Shown here one piece after another: positions 1 to 8,519 of a stretch of DNA of 64,000 nt. The stretch covers positions 90,681 to 154,680 of the forward strand of contig JBLNBA010000002.1 in NCBI GenBank assembly GCA_050259635.1, given 5' to 3'. Source of the stretch: Bacillota bacterium. Its GTDB lineage: Bacteria > Patescibacteriota > Patescibacteriia > Patescibacteriales > UBA12465. The notes under the pieces were generated by a model. It made no database searches and was not told where the DNA came from. It worked only from the letters and a program-made list of their open reading frames with translations. Made by a program: the position numbers and the translations under genes. Every line of letters begins with the position of its first letter. The first letter of the stretch is position 1.

Positions 1-3000
1 ACACTCCTCTCGCTGGTGGCCGTATTTGCCTTTTCGTCGCTTGCTTTGGCAGCGCCAGAACCCGGAGGGCAGACTGTCAATATGCCGGGAGTTGCCAGCG
101 ATGATAGCGATGTGATCGCCGTGCGCGTCTTGCCTAATCCTAACCACTTTAGCGCCGCGAGCTGGTATCGTTCGCAAGGATTTAGCGGCTCTCCGCAAGC
201 GATGCTGGTAGACGGATACGACGCCGTTCGTGATGGGCGCACTGTTTACGTCAACGCGGCTAATGTAAATCTGGCCAATAAGTTGATCTATACTAATATC
301 TACTTAATTTCTTATAATCAGAATCCGGATTTTAAGACGGTGGATGCGCTCGGGCAGATGGTCAAGCATTGGCAATTCAATAGCAACCTCGCGACTCCCG
401 GTTATTGTTCTATTTCTACCTTGCGCTGTTCTTCTGATACTGATTGCAGCGAAGGATATGAATGCGTGGGCGAAGGAGAAGCGCCGGGGCGCTGTTTATC
501 CAAAGAGGACGACGCCTGTAACACTGATAAGGATTGTGCTTCGGGCATATATTGCGACAATGTCCGTTCTAAAGTTTCCCGCGATGTCCGCCGGCTTTCT
601 TCCTTGATCGATCTCCGTACTTCTTTGACCGCCTTTCGGGAGGCTAATGGCAAATATCCGGTGATGGGAGCTGGAACTTATCTGCCCTTACGGAGCCTTT
701 CTGTCTGGCCAAGCTGGCAAGCTTCCTTGCTTCCGCAGCTGGGAGCGTCCCAATCGATGGCTGATCCGGTCAACCATTTGGGGCAGTGCGCCGGGTTTGA
801 TCCGGTAACTTGTTGGAATGCGGAAAACAAAACCTTTGCTGACCCTCATCCGAGCGATGATGTCTTCGAATTGCCGGCGGGTAGCTACGCCTTTGCTTAT
901 AAAGGCGATGCCAACGGTTCTAATTTCACCCTTTGTTCTTCCATGGAAACCAAAGCTCTCGGTTTCAATACCGCTGAGGGTAATTTGGCGGACTACGGCT
1001 GTGTTGCTAGCGGAGCCGCCTATATCGGATCAAGCGAGAATAATGCTCCGGTCTTGGTGTCTGTTAGCCTGCAAGGAGAAAGCGACCAGGAATTCGCCGG
1101 TTTTATTCGGGTTATCGATCCGGACGGCAATCCTCTTAGCTGGACCCTCAATACGGCCGGTACTTCCTGGACGAACTGGAAAAATGGAGGGGTGAACAAC
1201 GCGGCTCCCATCATCCAAGATACGGCAAATCCCAGCCAGAAAAAGATTTATGCCCAAGCGGCTGGAAATTCCGGGAAATATAACATGTCCATTATCGTGG
1301 ATGACGGCCGGGGCGGAACCCTGGCAACGGTCACTCCGATTGTCGTCGGGAACGGCGCGCCAGTCATCCGGTCTGATGATATTGAGTATTATCCGAGTTC
1401 GGTTATTCCTTTAATGGTGAAGTTTAGTATTACCGACAAGCACCAGCCATTTAGTTATACGATAGCGAAATCACAATACAGTTCGGGACCCTTTGATCTT
1501 TTGTCTTCGGCTAATGCTCAATTCCTGGGCGAGAGCGTGACTAAGGTGGGCGATACTTCTTATTATATTTTAAAATACAATATCATCCCGGCGCCAAAAT
1601 ACGGATCTGACCAGAATTTTGTCTATACCGTTTCGGCAAGGGATGCTTATAACAACGTTTCTACCAGGCAGATAAATATCTTGGTAAAAGCGGACCACCC
1701 CAAACTTGACCTCAACTGCCCCAAGGCTGTGCGGCTCAACGCCCAGTATTATTGTGGTCTCGGCTGGCGCAATCAAGGCGATCATACTATCGTGTATTCG
1801 GCGGTGGGCAATTTGCCAGCCGGTTTGGCGATCGTCAGTTCGGAAAATATCGGTATTGATACCGGCGGGGAGAACGATTTGAAATCTCCGGACGGAGGAG
1901 GGGAAGTAGTAGACCCGGCGGGCAAGGATACGAGTTTTCTCCCTCGTCTTATGGCGGGACTCCAGCGATTGTTTCCTCGGGTATCCGCCGCCTCACCGTC
2001 TTTGTTCTATGCTTTAAGCGGAAAGCCGACTAGAGCCATTTCATCATTTCCCGTCAAAATTAAGGCAATGAATGAATATGGTGCGGATACCGTCAAGGAG
2101 TTTGCTCTCGATATAAATACCTATTGTGGAGACGGCGCGAAGCAGCAGCCCAATCAGGAAGGCCGGGGGGGTTATTATAATGATGGTCAGGAAGATTGCG
2201 ATGGCAATAGCGGCATTATCCTGGATCGGGCGCGGATCGCCAGTTCGAGCTCTCAATTGCGGTATGGCTGTACGACTTTAGCCGGTGAAAAAGTCCCTTA
2301 TCCGATCACCACCAACCAGTTCTGCGTTTATAAGGGTGGCGGTCCGGAAGAAGGAGGCGGTTATTGCGGGGATGGAGTTTGTCAGTTCAAACTGTTGACC
2401 TCCACCGGCCTCGTTCCCTGGGAAGCGGAGAAGTATTGCATGGCAGATTGCTTTTGCGATGGTCTACACCAGTTTGCGCAGGGAGCTGAATGCCTCTGCG
2501 AAGAGGGGTGGAGAGATTGCGACGGTTTGCCCGGTTGTGAAAGCGACAAACAGTGTGAAGCTTGCCCGGCAGGACAATATAATTGCGGTAATGCTTGTTA
2601 CAATACAACTTCTTTCAAGTGCGGAATGCAAAGTCCTACCTGCTATACCGGCGGGACCAGTTGCACTGGAAGCTGCGCGGTCAATATGTATAACTGTGAC
2701 GGTATAAATGGCTGCGACGGGCCTACTTGCACTTGTCCGGCAGGACAATCATGGGATAACGCTCCTTGGCCGAACGGCAAGTGCGTAGCGGAAAGTACCT
2801 GCGCGTCTCCGCTGCTTGAATGTAATGGCGCTTGTTATAATCCTAATACCCAAAAATGCTGCAGTAGCGGGGATGTTTGCGGAGCTAACCAGGTGTGTTG
2901 CGGAGCAACCGCCACCTATCCCTGCGCCTCTAGTGCCGCTTTCTGCGTCATGGAAGTTGATCCGATCGGCGGCGGAGGTACGCCTAGCGATGGCGGGCGA

Positions 3001-3003
3001 TAG
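1..3003 (+). CDS. Large secreted cysteine-rich surface protein; 5' end runs off the window. Contains a pilin-like domain, Ig/cadherin-like repeats and a Cys-rich C-terminus
   Basis: Frame is open from nt 1 (track 16..3003). N-terminus has a signal-like hydrophobic stretch ...SSLALA|AP. 'DLRTSLTAFREANGKYP' resembles the pilin/pseudopilin globular-domain motif. 'YCGDG...EDCDGN' and 'YCGDGVCQ' Cys repeats are present, and the last ~250 aa have very dense CxxxC spacing. Confidence 0.6.
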   Translation, partial: TLLSLVAVFAFSSLALAAPEPGGQTVNMPGVASDDSDVIAVRVLPNPNHFSAASWYRSQGFSGSPQAMLVDGYDAVRDGRTVYVNAANVNLANKLIYTNIYLISYNQNPDFKTVDALGQMVKHWQFNSNLATPGYCSISTLRCSSDTDCSEGYECVGEGEAPGRCLSKEDDACNTDKDCASGIYCDNVRSKVSRDVRRLSSLIDLRTSLTAFREANGKYPVMGAGTYLPLRSLSVWPSWQASLLPQLGASQSMADPVNHLGQCAGFDPVTCWNAENKTFADPHPSDDVFELPAGSYAFAYKGDANGSNFTLCSSMETKALGFNTAEGNLADYGCVASGAAYIGSSENNAPVLVSVSLQGESDQEFAGFIRVIDPDGNPLSWTLNTAGTSWTNWKNGGVNNAAPIIQDTANPSQKKIYAQAAGNSGKYNMSIIVDDGRGGTLATVTPIVVGNGAPVIRSDDIEYYPSSVIPLMVKFSITDKHQPFSYTIAKSQYSSGPFDLLSSANAQFLGESVTKVGDTSYYILKYNIIPAPKYGSDQNFVYTVSARDAYNNVSTRQINILVKADHPKLDLNCPKAVRLNAQYYCGLGWRNQGDHTIVYSAVGNLPAGLAIVSSENIGIDTGGENDLKSPDGGGEVVDPAGKDTSFLPRLMAGLQRLFPRVSAASPSLFYALSGKPTRAISSFPVKIKAMNEYGADTVKEFALDINTYCGDGAKQQPNQEGRGGYYNDGQEDCDGNSGIILDRARIASSSSQLRYGCTTLAGEKVPYPITTNQFCVYKGGGPEEGGGYCGDGVCQFKLLTSTGLVPWEAEKYCMADCFCDGLHQFAQGAECLCEEGWRDCDGLPGCESDKQCEACPAGQYNCGNACYNTTSFKCGMQSPTCYTGGTSCTGSCAVNMYNCDGINGCDGPTCTCPAGQSWDNAPWPNGKCVAESTCASPLLECNGACYNPNTQKCCSSGDVCGANQVCCGATATYPCASSAAFCVMEVDPIGGGGTPSDGGR

Positions 3004-3020
3004 TTGAGTAATTAAGAAGA

Positions 3021-3299
3021 ATGGATATGAATAAAAAGAAAATTTATATTTCCGCCGGTATTTTACTGGCGATAGTGGCCGTTTTACTACTTATTTTCGG
3101 TCTCCCCGGCAACAAAGAGAAGCCGTCGGGCTCTGATGCCCTGGGGCAAACAAAAGCGCCGGTGCTAATGACGACTGAAGAAAAGCAGGTTGTGGGGCTA
3201 CAGCCAGAGACGCAAGTAGAAGTTCTCGGACGCGACGATAGCGGCGCGGTGTCTTCTTACCGCATTCTGCGCGACGATAAAGGCTATCCTTTGAAGTGA
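3021..3299 (+). CDS. Small N-terminally membrane-anchored protein, unknown function
   Basis: 92 aa ORF with one N-terminal TM helix (IYISAGILLAIVAVLLLIFGL). Lies in the same-strand cluster as the surface proteins. Confidence 0.5.
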   Translation: MDMNKKKIYISAGILLAIVAVLLLIFGLPGNKEKPSGSDALGQTKAPVLMTTEEKQVVGLQPETQVEVLGRDDSGAVSSYRILRDDKGYPLK

Positions 3300-3355
3300 G
3301 TGCAAACTCGCTTGAAATGATATATAATACGCTTATCTGTAATTAATCAATTCAT

Positions 3356-4012
3356 ATGTTCAACGATCTCAATGCGCAAGGAAGTCAGGCAGTCGACGAT
3401 ATTTTCGCCGAAACTGATCGAAGCGGATCTCCGGCCGCTTCTAACATCGAAACCCAGCCAGCCGGCCTTTCTGCTCAATCATACGGAGAGCCCGAAGAGG
3501 ATAAGGGGGGAGGCTCAAAACTTAAGCTCATCTTAATCATTGTTTTAAGTGTTCTCATTCTCGGTGCCGCCGCTTACCTTGTGTATTCTAAATTTATGCG
3601 CCCGAGCGAAGATTTACCTTTGGAGGATCAGCAGACTCAGGTTCCGTCCGGACAAAATACTACAACCACCGCTCCGATAGTGGAGGATGATGTTGTAGTT
3701 CCTCAAGTCGAAGGTGAAGAAAGCACGGCTAGTAACACCGCGCCGATTGTCGGTAGTGATGCAAGCACCACGGTTGAAATGCCAGTGACGGCCGCCGTTG
3801 ATTCGGACGGCGACAGCCTCCTCGATAGTCAGGAGGAAGTTATCGGCACCAATCCGAACGTCATCGACTCGGATTTTGACGGCCTTTCCGATTACGAGGA
3901 ATCTACCGTTTATGGTACTAATCCTCTTAACCCAGACACTGATGGCGATACCTTTAAGGACGGGGATGAGGTTAAGAATGGCTATAATCCGAAGGGAGAT
4001 GGGAAACTCTAA
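3356..4012 (+). CDS. Membrane-anchored acidic protein with thrombospondin type-3-like Ca-binding repeats
   Basis: One TM helix, then DSDGDSLLD...GTNPNVIDSDFDGLSDYEE...GTNPLNPDTDGDTFKDGDE (repeated DxDxDG motif). Confidence 0.6.
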   Translation: MFNDLNAQGSQAVDDIFAETDRSGSPAASNIETQPAGLSAQSYGEPEEDKGGGSKLKLILIIVLSVLILGAAAYLVYSKFMRPSEDLPLEDQQTQVPSGQNTTTTAPIVEDDVVVPQVEGEESTASNTAPIVGSDASTTVEMPVTAAVDSDGDSLLDSQEEVIGTNPNVIDSDFDGLSDYEESTVYGTNPLNPDTDGDTFKDGDEVKNGYNPKGDGKL

Positions 4013-4020
4013 TTTGAACT

Positions 4021-4206
4021 ATGGACGGATTAAAGTCCACAAATAGGCGAAATGATGCCGGGCGAAAAGGAGTTAAGCTATATTTGCGCGTTCATGTTAT
4101 GCCGAAATTGAATATGCCGCTCAAAGGCAGGCCTTGGCAGTGGATTATCCCGGCTATCTTAATGGCACTTTTAGTGGTAGTGGCCCTATATTATTTTGCG
4201 GAGTAA
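4021..4206 (+). CDS. Possible small membrane protein; true start may be the internal Met at 4099
   Basis: C-terminal TM helix WQWIIPAILMALLVVVALYYF. Short, with no recognisable homology. Confidence 0.3.
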   Translation: MDGLKSTNRRNDAGRKGVKLYLRVHVMPKLNMPLKGRPWQWIIPAILMALLVVVALYYFAE

Positions 4207-4209
4207 ATT

Positions 4210-5196
4210 ATGTTGGGAAAGAATAAGAAACAAGACAAAAATGAAGACGGGAAGTCCGAAGAATTATGGGCTCGATTGGAGAAAGATTTCACCGTGAAGA
4301 ACATGCCGGCCTTTTCCCGTTTTAGTGCTACGAATTATGACGGAGAGGCGGTGAAAGCTCCGCGGCAACCGGGCGACCACCAAAAAGCGCGAAAAACGGG
4401 GGCAGTGATCGTTTTTGCCGGCATCGGCGTTGTCTTGGTTATTTTTTACCTCGGATATCGCTTCCTGATCATGCCATCTCTGAAACAGCCAGTGGCACAG
4501 GTCCAGGAAAATCGTCCAGTTGTAGAAAATGGACCGATAACGAATGAAGAAGAAATCGTTAAGGTCCCTGACGTGCCGGCCGCAGAAGAATTAGCGACGA
4601 GTACGCCGGAAGAGGTGGCGACTTCCTCCCCTCAGCTTTCCTTGCCTTTGCCGGCGGATGCCGACGGTGATGGCTTGAGCGACCAGGCAGAACTCTTGCT
4701 TGGCACTAACCCCCAGTCGTCCGATAGCGACGGCGACACTTACCCGGATCGATCAGAGCTTCTAGGCGGTTATGACCCGATGGGGGCCGGAAAGTTTTCT
4801 GATAACCGCAATTTATCTTTATATGCTCCGCTTGATTCAGACTTTGCTTTAGTTTATCCAAGTGGATGGGAGGTAAATGCCGCTAATGCCGGTTCGGTCC
4901 TGTTTTCTGCTCCAGACCAGTCTTTCATCCAGGTTTCTTCTGAGGATTTTGAACAGGCATCTCCGGACATCCTGTCTTGGTACCATTCACAGTTCAGCGA
5001 TGTTGGTACGCTGGACGCCAGCCGGTTGATCGATAGTAATTTTGGCCCCGGAATTTTTAGCAGTGATGGCAATATCGTTTATTTTTTGGGTGCGGGCGGA
5101 CAGAGAGTATATGTGCTTTCCTATATTCGATCCGGCGAGGCGGCTCCTTATCAGGAGATATTCCGCTTGATGGCGGCGACCATGATGAAGCGTTAA
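4210..5196 (+). CDS. Membrane-anchored protein with TSP3-like repeats and a C-terminal globular domain
   Basis: TM helix GAVIVFAGIGVVLVIFYLGY, then DADGDGLSDQAELLLGTNPQSSDSDGDTYPDRSE, then a ~130 aa domain. Confidence 0.6.
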   Translation: MLGKNKKQDKNEDGKSEELWARLEKDFTVKNMPAFSRFSATNYDGEAVKAPRQPGDHQKARKTGAVIVFAGIGVVLVIFYLGYRFLIMPSLKQPVAQVQENRPVVENGPITNEEEIVKVPDVPAAEELATSTPEEVATSSPQLSLPLPADADGDGLSDQAELLLGTNPQSSDSDGDTYPDRSELLGGYDPMGAGKFSDNRNLSLYAPLDSDFALVYPSGWEVNAANAGSVLFSAPDQSFIQVSSEDFEQASPDILSWYHSQFSDVGTLDASRLIDSNFGPGIFSSDGNIVYFLGAGGQRVYVLSYIRSGEAAPYQEIFRLMAATMMKR

Positions 5197-5210
5197 TATT
5201 TTTTGATAAC

Positions 5211-5236
5211 AAAAAATCCCGCGTTGGCGGGATTTT
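5211..5236. terminator. Bidirectional intrinsic terminator between the surface-protein cluster and clpP
   Basis: AAAAATCCCGC-GTTG-GCGGGATTTT, a perfect 10-bp stem flanked by A and T tracts. Confidence 0.8.
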
Positions 5237-5253
5237 ATATTGGTCGAAATTAT

Positions 5254-5835
5254 TTATTCGCGAGCGATGATTTTGTCTATCAGGCCATAATCCCTAGCTT
5301 CCTCCGCGCTCATGAAGCGATCACGATCGCTATCTTTCTCAATCGTCGCGATTTTCTGGCCGGTATGCTTAGCTAGGATGTGGTTCATCTTATCCTTGAT
5401 CTTAAGGATATGTTCGGCTCGTATCTTGATATCGGAAGCTTGGCCTTCTGCGCCTCCCATCACTTGGTGGATCATAATCTCGCTGTTTGGCAGGGCCAGG
5501 CGTTTGCCTTTTTCACCGGCAGCCAGAAGCACGGAGGCCATGGAGGCGGCCATGCCCACGCAGATAGTGGTAACGGGGCATTTGATATATTGCATGGTAT
5601 CGTAGATTGCTAAGCCTGCGGTAACCGATCCACCGGGGGAATTGATATAGAACTTTATATCTTTTTCTTTGTCCTCCGCGGCGAGGAACAACATTTGCGC
5701 GATGACAATATTGGATACATGGTCATCTATTGCTTCGCCAAGGAAAATAATTCGATCTCTTAGGAGGCGCGAATAGATGTCGTAAGCACGTTCGATCTGG
5801 CCTTCCTTTTCAATGACTGTCGGGATCAATGGCAT
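5254..5835 (-). CDS. clpP: ATP-dependent Clp protease proteolytic subunit
   Basis: 193 aa with [27 protein letters not shown] and active-site context [11 protein letters not shown]. Confidence 0.95.
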   Translation of the reverse strand: MPLIPTVIEKEGQIERAYDIYSRLLRDRIIFLGEAIDDHVSNIVIAQMLFLAAEDKEKDIKFYINSPGGSVTAGLAIYDTMQYIKCPVTTICVGMAASMASVLLAAGEKGKRLALPNSEIMIHQVMGGAEGQASDIKIRAEHILKIKDKMNHILAKHTGQKIATIEKDSDRDRFMSAEEARDYGLIDKIIARE

Positions 5836-5982
5836 ATGGATAAAAGTATTAATTTTTTAGCTGATATTAAGTATTATATGATATTTTAAGCCTTTTGTAA
5901 AGGCTTCGCTTGATTTTTTACTTTTTTTAGTCTAAGATTTTTACAGTTTCTAGCCTTTGGCTATAAAAAAAGAAAAAACACT

Positions 5983-7539
5983 ATGTCTAAACTGAAATCC
6001 TTTTCTGCCGGATTGAAGCGCCATCGCCAGCGCTGGCTTTTAGCCCTTCTGGTAATCTTTGCATTCTTGAGCTTCGTGCTGGCTGCCGGAGACATTTATA
6101 ATCGCGGGGCGGACGCTCTAGCCAAGGCAACCAATAACGTTGTCGTATTGCCAAAAGCGCCGGTGAGTCCATTCGTTTTGGGTTTAGACTTGCAAGGCGG
6201 AACGCAGCTCGTCTATCAGGCTGATGTTAGCGGCATACCGGAAGCTGATCGCGCAAGCGCTTTAGAAGGCGTAAGAGACATCATTGAACGGAGAGTAAAC
6301 GGTGCCGGTGTTAGCGAGCCTGTGATCCAGGCTAATCGGACAATCAATGGCGATTACCGCATTATTGCCGAGTTAGCTGGGATCAAGGATGTGAATGAAG
6401 CCATCCGGTTGATCGGAGAAACCCCGTTACTTGAGTTTAAAGAACAAGGAACGGCTGCCCAGCAGGTAGAAGTTGGACAAAATGGAGAAGTGCCCGCTGT
6501 GAATCTGGGTGAGAATTGGGTTAATACCGAACTCTCGGGAAAGAATTTGAAACGTGCGACCCTGCAGTTCAATCCAAATGATGCTTCCCCGGAAGTGGCG
6601 TTGGAATTTGACAGCCAAGGAGCAGAGATGTTTGCAAATATCACTGAACGTAATATCGGCCGCCCGGTCGCTATCTTCCTTGATGGTTATCCGATTAGCG
6701 TCCCGACTGTCAATGACCGCATTCCTGACGGAAGGGCAGTCATATCCGGCCGCTTCAATATTACTGAAGCCAAATTACTCGTACAGAGGCTTAATACCGG
6801 GGCTTTGCCCGTGCCGATTGAACTTATTGGCCAGCAGACCGTGGGGGCCAGCTTGGGCCAGCAGTCTATAAATAATAGCTTGAAAGCTGGTCTTATAGGC
6901 TTTGCCTTGGTCGCTTTATTCATGATCTTATTTTATCGTCTGCCTGGGCTGCTGTCAGTCGGATCCTTGGCCATATACGCGCTTACAGTCCTTACTATTT
7001 TCAAGGCCTCTCCGATCTTGCTGGCGCTCCTTCTTATCTCGCTCTTAGTCTTGCTGTTTGTGAGCGTGTTCAATCACCTTAAGATATTTGACGGTATATT
7101 TTCTGCGATCCTATTCTTGGTTATTCTGGTCTTCCTTGTCTATTACGCTAACCAGCCGGTGACCTTGACCCTGGCCGGTATTACCGGGTTCATCCTTTCT
7201 ATCGGTATGGCGGTTGATGCCAACGTCCTTATCTTTGAGCGCATGAAAGAAGAACTCCGCGGAGGGAAGCCTTTGTCCGCGGCTTTGGATGAGGGATTCC
7301 GTCGGGCTTGGCCATCAATTAGGGATGGCAATATTACCACCATTCTTACTTGTTTTATTTTGATGGCTTTTGGGACGGGCTTGATTAAAGGTTTCGGAGC
7401 GACGCTGTTCATTGGCGTTTCCGTCTCGATGTTCTCGAGTATCGTCATTACCCACATCTTAATCAAAGCCTTTAAGAGTGGCTGGTTGGATCGCCATCGC
7501 TGGCTGATTGGCAGCGGGACTGGCAGTAAGCAGATATAA
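5983..7539 (+). CDS. secD: Protein translocase subunit SecD
   Basis: 518 aa. N-terminal TM helix, periplasmic domain (LGLDLQGG), C-terminal 6-TM block with GMAVDANVLIFERMKEE. Confidence 0.9.
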   Translation: MSKLKSFSAGLKRHRQRWLLALLVIFAFLSFVLAAGDIYNRGADALAKATNNVVVLPKAPVSPFVLGLDLQGGTQLVYQADVSGIPEADRASALEGVRDIIERRVNGAGVSEPVIQANRTINGDYRIIAELAGIKDVNEAIRLIGETPLLEFKEQGTAAQQVEVGQNGEVPAVNLGENWVNTELSGKNLKRATLQFNPNDASPEVALEFDSQGAEMFANITERNIGRPVAIFLDGYPISVPTVNDRIPDGRAVISGRFNITEAKLLVQRLNTGALPVPIELIGQQTVGASLGQQSINNSLKAGLIGFALVALFMILFYRLPGLLSVGSLAIYALTVLTIFKASPILLALLLISLLVLLFVSVFNHLKIFDGIFSAILFLVILVFLVYYANQPVTLTLAGITGFILSIGMAVDANVLIFERMKEELRGGKPLSAALDEGFRRAWPSIRDGNITTILTCFILMAFGTGLIKGFGATLFIGVSVSMFSSIVITHILIKAFKSGWLDRHRWLIGSGTGSKQI

Positions 7540-7549
7540 TTATACCTTT

Positions 7550-8452
7550 ATGATCAATTTGAAAATCATCAAGCACGGCAAGATTTGGCTAGCTTTCTCT
7601 AGCACCTTGGTTGTCGCCGCTATTGTGGCTATTTCTCTTTGGGGCCTGAATTTCGGGCTAGATTTTACCGGTGGTAGCATTCTGGAAGTAAAGTTTGCGG
7701 GCGGAAATCCATCAGTGCCGGCTGTGCAGTCTGAATTGTCCGATGCCTCTTTAAGCGGCCTTACTATCCAGCCGACTGAAGGGTCGATGATCATGCGTTT
7801 CCAAGAAAGCGATGAAAATACCCATCAGCGGGTGCTTACGGAACTGAAGAAGATGTCCGAAGCGCAATCTGGCTTGGAAGAGATCCGTTTCGAGGCAATC
7901 GGCCCGTCGATCGGACAGGAGCTTAGGAGCAAGGCGTTTTGGTTGATGATCTTTGTCCTGATCGTAATCATCATTTATGTCGGGTTCGCCTTCCAGCGCG
8001 TTTCTAAACCGGTCGCGTCTTGGAAATATGGCGTCATCGCCATCATCGCTCTTTTGCATGATGTGCTGATTACCGTGGGCGTCTTTGCTGTCCTGGGCAA
8101 GTTCTACGGCATTGAGGTCGGCTCGACATTTGTCGTCGCCTTGCTTACCGTACTGGGTTATAGCGTAAACGATACCATTGTCGTCTTTGATCGTACCCGG
8201 GAAAATCTACCTAAGAGCGCGACCAGCTTTGCTGAGACTGTTAATGAAAGCTTGAACCAAACCTTTGTCCGTTCAATCAATACCGTTATTACTACATTGC
8301 TCGCTCTGCTTGCCGTATTCTTCTTCGGCGGAGAGTCCGTGAGGGACTTCGTCCTGGCTTTGATCGTCGGCATTTTCTGCGGCGCTTACAGTTCGATCTT
8401 TGTAGCCAGTCCGCTTCTGGTCCTTTGGGAAAGAATGCAGCACCGCCGCTAA
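7550..8452 (+). CDS. secF: Protein translocase subunit SecF
   Basis: GLDFTGGS motif and C-terminal TM block with YSVNDTIVVFDR. I chose the ATG at 7550, after the secD stop at 7539; the track start at 7508 overlaps secD. Confidence 0.9.
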   Translation: MINLKIIKHGKIWLAFSSTLVVAAIVAISLWGLNFGLDFTGGSILEVKFAGGNPSVPAVQSELSDASLSGLTIQPTEGSMIMRFQESDENTHQRVLTELKKMSEAQSGLEEIRFEAIGPSIGQELRSKAFWLMIFVLIVIIIYVGFAFQRVSKPVASWKYGVIAIIALLHDVLITVGVFAVLGKFYGIEVGSTFVVALLTVLGYSVNDTIVVFDRTRENLPKSATSFAETVNESLNQTFVRSINTVITTLLALLAVFFFGGESVRDFVLALIVGIFCGAYSSIFVASPLLVLWERMQHRR

Positions 8453-8519
8453 AATATCTCCTATCCTGAAGCTCCTGGCCGCTTGGTCGGGAGCTTTTTT
8501 AATGATATAATCGCCTTAT

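Noticed and set aside
7508-7549. Upstream start of secF overlapping secD
   Set aside because: The extension lies over the secD C-terminus. The ATG at 7550, just after the secD stop, gives a canonical SecF N-terminus.
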